From positions 86,428,001-86,492,000 of the forward strand of contig NC_042998.1 in NCBI RefSeq assembly GCF_006345805.1: a stretch of 64,000 nt of DNA, written 5' to 3'. Both the position numbers and the translations under genes were made by a program. The notes below the pieces were generated by a model. The model was given only the letters and a program-made list of their open reading frames with translations. It was not told where the DNA came from and made no database searches. Position 1 is the first letter of the stretch. Every line of letters starts with the position of its first letter. Below, piece by piece: positions 13,683-26,364 of this stretch. The DNA comes from Octopus sinensis. Taxonomy: Eukaryota.

Positions 13683-16600
13683 GCAGGGGTGGGACAAAAT
13701 AATGGAAACACCTTAAAATTTCAAATTTATTTTAATATTGGGTAGGACTGACTTTGGCAATAATTACAGTTTGACTTCTACGAGATATGGACTCATACAA
13801 AGTTAGAATTGTTTCCAAAGGAATTTTTGTCAATTCTTCAGCTAAAACAGTCTCCAGTTCTTGTAGTGATGATGGTGGAGGATATCGACTCCTTACTTAC
13901 TTTTCTAAAATGCACTATAAATGTTCAATAATATTGAGTTCTGGCCAGATAAGATGTTCAACTTCACTAGAATGTTCCTCTTGCCAATCAGTAACAACTT
14001 TAGCTGTGCAAATTGGTGCATTATCATCCTGAAAGATTTTGTTTCCCTCCAGAAACAGTTCTGCAACCATATGATGAATTTGATCAGATAAAATGCTTAA
14101 ATAGTCTTCACTATTAATTCTGCCATAAAGAGAAACCATTGGGTCGGCAGATTTCCAAGATACAACCCCCACCAGATCATCACAGATCCTCCTCCATGTT
14201 TAACAGTTGGATGAAGGCTGTCTGGGTCAAATGCTTCTTTTGGCTGTCTCCACATGTATATACTCGGCCAGTGGTCAGAAATATGGTAAAGGAACCAATT
14301 CTGTAGGTTTTTACTCTACTCTAAACACTTTTTTGCAATGTTTGTTTTTGAAAGGAGTGGTTTTCTGATTGCAGCCCTCCTGTGAAATCTGGCTTTGTAC
14401 AGCTCCTGGTGAACAGTTTTTGTGGAAACTGGGTTCTCAAGGTGATCATTATGTTCTGCAGTAATTTTGGGAGCTGTACTTTTGTGATCCTTTCTAATAA
14501 TTTGTGTGCGAATCCATCGGTCCCTATCTGAAAGTTTTGTTTTTGTTCTGGTGTTATGTTTCGATGAGGAGGTTTTTCCCCTCTTTCTCAAAGGCTGTCA
14601 TTACTTTCAAGACAGTACTTCTTGATACCCCAAACATTTTGGTTGTTTTCATTACACTAGCACCTGCCATACGAGCACCAACAATTCGACCTCTTTAAAA
14701 GTCTGATAGATCTGTCATTTTAATGAATTTTAATTACCTTTTTCTGATGATATCTGAAAAGAAACAGCAATTTTAGCAAAACATATTAACCAACACTAAT
14801 AATAAATCAAAAAACATAAAAATAAACCAGCTTTCGACGGTTTTACAGATATTTCAAAATTATTATGATGCTCTGATGCTAGATGTTTCCATTATTTTGT
14901 CCAAACCCTGTATTTATATAATCAATAGATGAGATCCAGAGATTTTCTTTATAGAAGACACTTAGTAGTGCTCAAATCTTTCAAACTTAGACTCCAATGT
15001 CATTACAGGGGATCAATTCCACAGAGTAAAGAATGGCTATAGGAGGGATCAAGTTGAGCTAATATGCAGGCAATTATGAGGATTAACAAATTAAATACAT
15101 TAAATATAACAGTTTGGGTATGAAATATAAGACATGTATATATGTATACATGCAAAATGAGAGAAAGCAAAGTGTGGAAACTTTCAGATGATGAACAGTT
15201 GTGTATAAATATAGAGATATTTATATTAATGAATCCAACTTACACAGAGTACAAATGACAAAAAATTTAATGAGGAGGAAGTAAGGTGTTATGAGTCCAA
15301 CAACTGTTTCTGGAAGCTCAGAGATCCCCCAGAAGCAGATGTTGGACTTATAACTCCTTACTTCCTCCACTGTTATTAATACTCTATATAATAATAATAA
15401 TGATAATAATAATAATAATGATGAACTTATTGTGTATAGTGCAGATGCACTACAACTCATCTAAAGTGCATGTACAGTACATAGAATTATGTACAAAAGT
15501 CAGGAAAGTGAACAGTGTATGAGTCATGATATACATGAGTGCATGCTTATGGAGGGAGAGGATATCAAGTATAATGTTGGTGAATTTCAAGAAGCATGAA
15601 GGTTTTAAAGGCTGGAATATCTCGGCAACTAACAACTGATGTAGGTAGTTTGTTCCATGCTTCAACGACTCTGAGTGTAAAAAAATGTTTCTGAAAGTCA
15701 TGGGAGCTGTGCTATTTTCTGACTTTGTAAGCATGTCCACATGTGTTAGACATATGGAACTCAAAAAGGTGCTCAAGATGGTTGTTGGCACAATGGTTAA
15801 TAATTTTGTGGGTGTTTACCAAGCCAGTTGCCAGATTTTGGAGCTTCAATGCTCAAGGAAGCAAGACATTCAGAGTACGGTAGATGCCTGATGGAGGGTA
15901 TTCACTTGGTTGCATGTCTCTGAACAGTTTCCAGGAGGTCAATGTCCTGAGCAAGATAGGGGTTCCAGACCAGTGATGCAAATTCCGAGTGTGGTTGCAC
16001 CATAGCCATATACAGCCTTAGATAAATAGCTGGAGAATGGCTGACAAAGGTCTTGCTGAGTGATGCCAAGACACCTGCTTCCTTCTTGATAATTTTAGAG
16101 ATGTGGTTTGTTCAGTGCAAATCACTGCTGACAGTAATGCTCAGGTCACGTTCACAATAAGACTGCTTGATATTAGTATTGTGGAGAGAGTATGTGGACA
16201 CTGGGTTTTTCCTTCCAAAATGCATGGTGGTACACTTGTCCACAGCCAGCTTTAGTTACCAGTCCATGATCCATTGTTTCATTGTGTCCAGGTCTGATTG
16301 CAGGAAAGATCTATAGTATTCAGGATCTGTTCTTTTTATCTTAAGGTACAGCTTGATTTTATCTGCATATTTTAGCACTGTGGCATCCATGTCATTAATG
16401 TATGCAACAAACAACTGGGGACCAAGAACAGATCCCTGCAGTACACCAGATGATATCTCATAAGGTGAAGAATGCTATCCTAGAACCATTACTACCTCTT
16501 TTCGGCTGAGAATGAAAGACTCCATCTAGTTAAAAAGATCATCTTTCACACCCATTTCAGAGAGTTTTACCATAAGTCTTTTGTGTGGCACAGAATTAAA

Positions 16601-19600
16601 AGCTTTAGCAAAGTCAAGGTAAACAACATCTACCCATAAACTGCCATCAGTGACCCAAGTGATGTCTACATGAAACTCAATAATTTGATCACAGCAGCTG
16701 GAGTTAGGGATAAATCCAAATTGTGAGGGCTGGATAAGGCTGTGAGAATTCCAGAAGTTCCAGAGTGTTTCTCTGATACAGCATTTCTCTGACACAGTTT
16801 GGCAATGCAGCTAGTGAGACTGACTTGACAATAGTTGACAGGCGACATGTGCTTACCCTTTCTGAACAGAGGAATGACACTAGTAGCATCATTGTTAAGA
16901 CAGAACTGAAAGAAGAGTGAAAACTGGTGCAGCAGAAAGTACTCACCACATTTGAGAAGCAGGCATAAAACTTCATCAAGATCAGGAGAGACATATTTGC
17001 ACTTATTCTTAAGGTGATGTTTCAGCATTGAAGGTGTAAGTTTCATAGTTGTAATGGAATTTGGTGTCAGAGCTGGTGGAGATGCTACATTTTGGTTTTC
17101 AACAGTAACAGTTCCTGCATAGCATTCAGCAATGAGTTTTGTACAGTCAGTAATCTGGCTTGTGTGAGGATTGTAAAGGGGACCAACTGGACAGTGAGGT
17201 CTCTGCTTTGAATATACAAGCCTCCTTCTTCCTCCCTAGTATACTGCTGACTCCCCATTTAATCATTCCACCTTTGAACTTCTCTGCACTGTGATCTGAA
17301 ATGTAAAATAATTTCTACCCTGATGATGAAGGTTTGGTTTATCCAATGTTCATTGGTTTCATTATGGCCAGCATATTGTGACAGGCTACAGCTCCCAACA
17401 TTATGATGGATCTCCATGTTTCCAGAAACAACTGTTATACTTATAACACTTTTGGGGAATAGGAGCTGTTTACATATGATTTCAATGCCACATTCTTTGA
17501 AAGCATGCGAAAAACCTGGAAAAGAAAAAAAAAGCCACAAAACAAAACTCCATTGTTGGGAAAGTCAGTTTCCCGGTGATCCAATGGGTCATGGGTAGTC
17601 TAGTCATGGATAAATTTTGATATTATAAACAACGGTTTCTAAAATGCATGGACTTAATGGGTTAACAGTTGTAGTAAATCATCTTCAGCTTACTGAAAAC
17701 ATGATTACTGAATAACAATTATGTTGGCATGATTCCTAATCAAACTTTGCTCTCCAACATCAAAAAAGTCACTGTGACTTATAGTCATGGCAATGATAAA
17801 ATTCTCATTTTGAACCTTGTAAGTCGGGTGCATCATATAGGCGAGGGTGTTTTATAGTTGTGTATATGCAGTATGCCATTCTCCCAACTTTCTTATCTAA
17901 TCTATAGGTTTTAAAAAAATAACTTTGTCATCTAACTTGAAGAATTTTGAAGTATTCTTGTTGTTTGCCTTTTTATTATTTTCACTGGGTATCAGCTTAT
18001 CAAAGATTGATCTGACCTGCCTAGCAAATATCATTTCTGTGGATGACATTCCCGACAGTGTATTTGGATTAGGAGTTAATCAGTACACTCTTAGAATGTT
18101 GAAATGTCCATCACTTCATTGTTCACCTTTTCCAGTGCCTTCTTGAAAGTCTCAACAAAATGTTCCACTTGTTCATTTGAGCTAGGATGATATTGCGGAG
18201 TGGTGGCATGTTTGATGACAGACATTTTACAAAATTTTCTGAACTCGTCTGACATAAATTGAGTTCCATTTTCAAATACAATGGTATCAGGAAGACCATA
18301 CCTGGTGAACAATTCATCTAAAAAATTTATTGTAACCACAGATGTCAGCTTTTTACATTTATGCACTTCTGTCCACATTGGATAACTGTTCACCACAACA
18401 AGAACCCTCAAGTGAACCTGCATAATCAACATGCAGTCTGGCCCATGGAACATCTGTTTTTGGCCAGGGTTGCCATTTAGTGGTAGGTGCTTTTGCAGCT
18501 AAGGCACACTCTCTGCATGCTTTCACTGATTCTTCAATGTCACAGTTCATTGTTGGCCAGTATACATAACTTCTCATTAACGATTTCATTTTTGAAATCC
18601 CTGGGTGACCAATATGAAATTCCTGTAACTGCTTTTGTCCTGAGGCTGGTACTATGACTCTTTGTACATACATCAACACATTGTCACACAGTGAGAAATG
18701 GTTTGCATTTATGTTGCAAATATTTTTATCTCTTTTAGCCTTCAGTATTTCTTTCATTTTTATAATGAATTTATTGTTTTTCAATTTTAATTTCATGTCT
18801 TGTAAAGTAACTGTCAGTTCTCGAATGATGTTACTCAAAACATTTTTAATTTCATTTTCCGCTTGCATAGCAGCAATCGCAGTATCTTCAAGTGGTTCCA
18901 CATTTTTCGAAATCAGTTTTGACAGACACTCTGCATGATCTAATTTCTTGGATGGTATATACTCCATCTTGAAACCATAGTTTAATAATATTGTACCTCT
19001 GTATTGCAATCTATTAACAATATAGGTAGGGATTCCTTTCTTTGAACCAAATATCAATAATAATGAATTCTGATCAGTCTGTAGATGAAAACTTCTACTG
19101 TGTAAAAATCTGAAATTTTATCAAGGCAAAAATAATCGCTAGAGCTTCTTTTTCAATTTGGCTATAATTTTTCTCTGCTCATATCAGAGTACATTAGGCA
19201 TGAACCACTGCTTTCATGTTACCATCATTATGTAGCATTACTGTTCCTATATCATACTCAGAAGTGTCTGAAGCTACAGCGTCTGAAGCCTAGCAGCAGG
19301 TATTTAAAGGAAAAAATTTGACAAGACAGTCAGTTGCCTGCTGACACTCATTGACACTATATCGAAGAGGCCAGGGAACAGAAGAAAGAAGACATGCACC
19401 CAATACCAGAGCTGAAGACACCTCCGAAAGTGGGGGCCCTGCCACGTCAAAACGGTAGAGGAGTAGGGGCCGAAACTGGACTTAGTTCCTCCTGACGATG
19501 TCTTGAGCTAACTGGATCCTATAAAGCTGTTTGGTAGCAGACCACGAAACACGGTTGAAATTCCTCCCCAATATTTTTTTGATATTTTGTCAAACACCTT

Positions 19601-20703
19601 TGGACAATTTTCCAAAAAATACCACTTCATATCGTTTTCCAGCAGATTATTCGAAGTCTTCATCATCTTTTTTGACCAAATTTAAACATTGCCAGTGAGT
19701 ATTGAACAGGGAACGTCTTTCCCTGAAAATTTTTGATAAAAAGTTGTTCCATTGAAACAAATCTCACCTGGTTTCTTTAGCAGAATATAATTACTATATT
19801 TTTCATTGGTAGGTGATGACTTTCTTAAAAGTAGTCATACTTTTTTCTCATTGGACCAACTTTTACACTCTTCTTTGTAGATTTCTTCATATCTGTGAAA
19901 ACATGCAAAGAAGGTAATCCCTTCATCTGGATTATAGCTGAATTCCTCAACTGAGTCTGGCTGTGCTGTCTGTCGAGTATGAACCGGAAGTATTTTCAGA
20001 CATCTTCAATATCAGTTCCAGCAACTGTTGTTTTTGTTGCTGTTGTGGTTGCTGCTGCTGCTGTAGTTGCTGTTGTAACTGCTGTTGCTGCTACTGTAGT
20101 TGCTGTTGACGTTGGTGCTGTTACTGTTGCAAATGCACCACAGAGGCCAATATGTTCTCCATGTTAAATGAATTTTCCTTGGTTTTGTACCAAAACAGAA
20201 ACCAAAATTAATTTTAAACATCCAACACAAGCTTCAAACAACTCTACGCCACTTTTATATCCTTGTATGTTGGATATATAATATAACAAGCAAGAGGAAA
20301 AGAAAGTATTTACACAATGCACTACTGTTAATATTACATGAGACTCAGCACTCTCAACCACAGCTCACAGTGAACTGCTTACCAACCTGAATTACCAGTT
20401 GCTCACAGTTCTTAATTTTATAACAATGAGTCAGTCCACCTTTAGTCATTTATAGGCTCTCTTTTACTCTTTTATTCTTTTACTTGTTTCAGTCATTTGA
20501 CTCTGGCCATGCTAGAACACCACCCTTAGTCGAGCAAATCGACCCCAGGACTTATTCTTTGGATGCTTAGTACCTACTCTGTCAGACTCTTTTGACGAAC
20601 TGTCAAGTTATGTGAACGTAAACACACCACCATTAATTGTGATGCTGGGGGGGGGGGGCAAACAGACACACAAACATATACACACACACACATACATACA
20701 TAC

Positions 20704-20768
<65 letters not shown>

Positions 20769-23700
20769 TACTACGGGCTTCTTTCATTTTCCGTCTACCA
20801 AATCCACTTACAAGGCTTTGGTCGGCCCGAGGCTATAATAGAAGACACTTGCCCAAGGTGCCATGCAGTGGGACTCACAACATATATATATATGTATGTA
20901 TGTGTGTGTATGTGTGTGTGTGTGTGTGTGTACATATATACAGACAAACAAATTCACATGCCCACATATTTAAATATAGATGAAAGTGCATGGCCTAGTG
21001 GTTAGGCTTTTGCACTCAAAATTGCTAGATTGTGGATTTGATTCCCAGACCAGGCAGTGCATTGTATTCCCTAAGCAAAACACTTTCATGTTGCTCCATC
21101 CACTTTTGATCAAGAGGGAGTGTTGATCTGCTTGTCAAGCCAGTGGGTTGGCTAAAATGATGCAAAGTGCATTGTGACCAGTGATGTGTAACAGCATCTG
21201 ATAGTCTGGTTGGTTATGTGAACATGCAGTATAAATATATATATTTGCAAACAACTTGCACATACAAGTACTATGAGTTGAAAGCACTGTATGCTGAACA
21301 TAACAGGTGTCTGGAGTCATCAGGAGAGAATGCACACTGTTTCAAGGTCTTCCTCTCAATGGCATTCTTATGCACTAGCTACCCTCCCCTCACTGAGAAG
21401 AGGCCCACTTGCTAAATCTTCACTCAGTATTCTTCTAGACATTGCTCATCATCATTTTTTAATCAAATTCACTGGCTTGCCTTTCTCTCTGTAAATTGGA
21501 TATTGCAAATGATGGTATTTGTTTATGTTGAGTTAGCAACAACAACCATTACCTCATACTGCTTCCAAGGAATCCTCTACATCTAACTTTAATTGGATAA
21601 TATTTTGCTTTCCTAAATGTATCTTTACATTCCTCAAAAAGATATTCATAACAATTGACCTTTCAAGTCCGAGCAGCATCTGTGTTATCTTTATGGAAAA
21701 CTATTAGCTTAAATTGATTTACTGTTTTCTTTTCCTCACACGTGATGACAATATCTGCTTTCTTTGTAATTGGAATGGGGAAGAATCTTTGGCACCTTGG
21801 CTAATCTATGGCCACCTCTCACGAACCATTCCAGTTTTCATTGCTCAAAGAAACTCAAAATGGAACTGCTGTTCCAGATGAATGAAGGGGATAAAATCTC
21901 TAACTAGTTTCCTGTGTAGTTTCTTGCCACTTTGGATTTGAACTATTTGGTTCTTTACAGCATTGAAGTGTACCTTCAGGTATATTCGTCCAACACCAGT
22001 GAACAGTTGGAAAGGATGTGTTTCAGTGTTACTAGTTTCCCTGCATCTGCATTTATCACTCTTTGATACTCTCCATCTCACCAGGTTTGTAAGACATCAC
22101 AGGATGAACAAATAAAAAAACTTAGTTTTGTTGTACTGAACTTCCATATTTCATCCCAACTTACCTTTCTCTCAGTTAGGTACTTTCCCCTCCTGTCATC
22201 TGTCCCTGTTGAGGTGCTCTTTTTGATAAACATTGAGGGAATAAATAAAAGAGAAGGAAAATGGCAGTGATATTTATTGATGCTAATAAATTGTCCCATA
22301 TCTCTGCACTTTCAAATACAACTGGGCTAAAATATCTTTACTTGAAAAACAAGTAAGGTTTAACAACAGGAAGAACATCTGACTGTAAAAATAGTTCCTC
22401 AATAAATATTGAATCCATGTGAGACTGGAAAAGCAAACATAAAATGAAGAAATGAAGAAACAAATGTTCAATTCAACAGATCATATCTTTATATGTATGG
22501 TACAGGATTGAAGCATATTAGATTTGAAATCTAATAGTTGTAAAATACCACATGGCACATATGTATATAGGTGAAAGCCATGAGTATTCAGGGTTGGTTA
22601 CAGGATTTCTGTAATGTTGTGTTTCTTCTTAAACTTCTAACAGATCTTTTTGAAGAGTGTCATTTTGTTAAAATATACTTACAAATTTTCTTGTGTGCAT
22701 TTTCACTAAGTTTTGCTATGAGCTCAGAGGAATTGTTTTATCTATCCAGCCAGTATTTAAAGCAATTAAAATTTAATTATTATCAAAATATAGAGATAAA
22801 AAGGGCACATGGAATACTTTGTGATGTCCTTGTTCAGTGGCCTATTATTTTGAACCTCTTGAGTTATGATGAAGTCAACTAATAGGATTTTACTTCAGGC
22901 TTTACATTTCTCAATATTATAATGATAATGAAGGAAGAGGAGAAGTTTTTGAAGTCAAAGCTGAACATAGCAACAATGATAATAATGAGGATGTTGATAG
23001 CAACAATGATGACGACAACAATGATAAGAGATTAACATTTTTTCGAAAATGAATTACATACTTTGTTATTGTTGTGGTTAAGAAACTCACTTTCCAACCA
23101 CATGGTCTCAGGTTCAATTCCACTGCACAACACCTGGGACAAATGTCTTCTATTATAGCCCCAGGCCGACCAATGCAGTGTGAGTAAATTTGGTCACTGG
23201 AAACTGTGTGGAAGCCCATTGTATGTGTGTGTGTGTGTTTGTTCTTCCTCACTGCTTGACAACTGGTATTGGTTTGTTTATATCCCTATAATAGAATAAG
23301 TACCAGATTTTTAAAAAATAAGTAATGTAGTCAATTTTTTTTAATCAGACCACCCTTGAAGGCAGTGCCCCAGTATGGTCACTGTCCAATGATTGAAACA
23401 AGTAAAAGATAAAAGATATTTATTTGTGAATTTTCCAGATTGTTGCTGAAGATAAAGCTTCATCTAAATCCAGTGAAGCTAATGTTACTCTGGAAATATT
23501 GCCTGTGGATGAATTTCTTCCCCAATTTTCTCAGCCAAAATATCAAGTAAATGTCTCTGAAGAAGAAACTGTTGGTAATCTGATCACCATAACTGTAAGT
23601 ATGAAATAATTTCCCTTTAAATATTTAAGACAAATTGTTAATAATTCAATAATTTTATAGACTATTAACATCATCTTTAAAATGCATATATACAGTCTTT

Positions 23701-26313
23701 ATATCTCTACCATGTTTTTAATTGTTTGATCACTGATCATCTCAGGTACATTTTCTCGGATATGTACATACTGACCACTGTACATGCAGCAATAGCCTAT
23801 GGATAAGGACTTTACTATCCTGAGCTTAGGAAAAATGGCTTTGAATCAAATCTAGCATGGTATCATGCATATATCAAGTGGTACGATAAATGATTATGAG
23901 CAGAAAGCAGCCTAATCAGAACATCGTGTACATATAAAAATATACATCTAAATAAAAAATGTATAATCTTATTAAATTCACTTTATTTTTCAACCACAAT
24001 TATTCATGAGGCCAATTTAGGCTCTTTTGTATTAATGTGATCAGATCTGCATTTTCTGTTGTATAAAAAAGTTGTGTTTAATTTTTCCCATGGTGGGATT
24101 TGAATATATAATTATGCTTTAGATAGAAATAACTACTGGAGTATTAAATTGCTGTATCAGGTGATGACGGTTATGGAAAGGGTCATAGCCGAACTAATTA
24201 GGGAGAGAGTTAGCGTAGATGAGATGCTGTTTGGTTTTGTGCCAGGAAGAAGCACCACTGATGCTATATTTCTGGTAAGGCAACTGTAGGAGAAATATGT
24301 AGCCAAAAATAAACCTCTGTACTTGACTTTTGTTGACTTGGAGAAAGCCTTTGACAGGCTCCTTTGATCCCTTATCCAGTGGTCAATGCAGAAACTAAGG
24401 ATAGACGAGTGGTTGGTAAGAGCTGTACAAGCCCTGTACAGGGATGCTGTCAGTAAGGTGAAAGTTGGCAACGAGTATTGTGAAGAATTCTGCATAGATG
24501 TAGGGGTTCACCAAGGATCAGTCCTCAGCCCCCTCTTAGTCATCATAGTTCTCCAGGCAATAACAGGAATTTGAGACAGGCTGTCTCCTGGGAGCTCCTC
24601 TATGCTGATGATCTTGCTCTAATAGCTGAGTTACTACCAGAACTAGAGATGTAGTTTCAGGTGTGGAAACAAGGTCTAGAATCAAAGGGCCTTAGAGTCA
24701 AACTAGCAAAAACCGAAGTCCTAATAAGTTGGAAGGTGGACAAATCACAAACCCCTTCAGGTAGATGGCTCTATTTGATCTGTAGAAAATGCATAAGTAG
24801 AAACATAAGATTACTCAGTGTAAGCTATGGATACATAAGAGTTGCTGCAATATCAGAGGAAGATTAACTGGAAAGAGAGGTTTTGTATGTGGCTGATGCA
24901 CAGAGAAAATAAACACTGAAAATGTACAGAAAACAGATTCCATCACATGCCAGTGGAAGAAACTAGAAGTAGCTGATAGCTTCTGCTACCTAGGTGACCA
25001 AGTCTTTAGTGGAAGTGGATGCTCTGAGAGTGTTGCCGCTAGAATAAGAATAGTCTGGGTAAAGTTCAGAGAGCTCCTACACCTGCTGGTAACAAAGGAC
25101 CTCTCACTCAGAGTGACAGTTAGACTATGATGTATATCATATATGCGAACAGTCATGCTACTGCAGTGAAGCATGGACCATGACTACTGAGGATATGCAT
25201 AGGCTTGAAAGGAATGAAACTAGTATGATCCGTTGGATGCGTAATATCAGTGTGCATACACGACAGAGTGTAAGTTCCTTGAGAGAAGTGTTGGACATAA
25301 GAAGCAGCAGATGTGGTGTGCAAGAAAGATGACTGTGCTGGTATGGTCATGTGCTGCATATGGATGAAGAGACCTGTGTTAAGAAGTGTCACACTGACAG
25401 CTGAAGGAACCCATGGAAGAGGTAGACCTAGGAAGACATGGGATGAGGTGGTGAAGCACAACCTTTGAACATTGGGCTTCACAAAGGCAATGATAAGAGA
25501 CTGAGACCTTTGGAGATGTGCTGTGATTGAGAAGACCTGGCAAATAAAGTGAGATCGCAGCTGTGGCTGATACCAGTGTTGCATAACCAGCCAATCGAAA
25601 AGTACTCTTGAATCATCAGGTAATATGCTGTGCTTTAGAAGACCTATTGAGTCAAGTGAAATTAAAATTGTAGTCATGGCTGATGCCAGTGCTGCCTGAC
25701 TGGCATCTATGCTGGTGGTACGTAATAAGCACCATTCAAGCGTGGGATAATGCCAGTGCTGCCTGACTGGCTCCCTGTGCTAGTGGCATGTAAAAGCATC
25801 ATACAAATGCAGTCGATGCCAGTGCCCTCTGACTGGTTCCTGTGCTGGTGGCACGAGAACACCGCCTGAATGTAGTCAATGCCAGTGCCTCCTGACTGGA
25901 TCCTATGCTGGTGGCATGTAAAAAGCACCCACTAAACTCTTGGAGTGGTTGGTGTTAGGAAGGGAATCCAGCTGTAGAAACCTTGCCAGATCAGATTGGA
26001 GCCTGGTGCAGCCTACTGGCTTGCTAGTCCTCAGTCAAACCATACAACCCATGCCAGCATGGAAAGCAGATGTTAAATAATGATGATGATGATGGTGATG
26101 GTGGTAGTGGTGGTGAATAATAATAATAATAATAAGCCCCACCGGCAAGGTCATATGCTGTTTATCTTGATATGAGATCACCATGTTGCGCACATATGGT
26201 TGTGATGCATGTGCCTGGTGTACCCTTATCAGACGGGTAGTCATGATGGGTATATTGGGCTTCGTATATTTTACCCCAGTGTCACTTTGATGGCATGCAC
26301 TGCTCTCTCACTC

Positions 26314-26364
<51 letters not shown>

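Noticed and set aside
17250-17640. Possible Tc1 transposase remnant and a piggyBac-like GGGTTAA end
   Set aside because: Too decayed; no recognisable catalytic motif or matching second terminus
19413-19460. Type I hammerhead using CTGAAGA at ~19413 with AAAAC-GGTA
   Set aside because: Neither stem I (ccagag versus gaggag) nor the stem II closing pair is complementary
20985-21060. Possible tRNA genes (also SINE heads at ~10697, 23070, 63505)
   Set aside because: Only degenerate A/B boxes without a cloverleaf; each is followed by SINE body sequence
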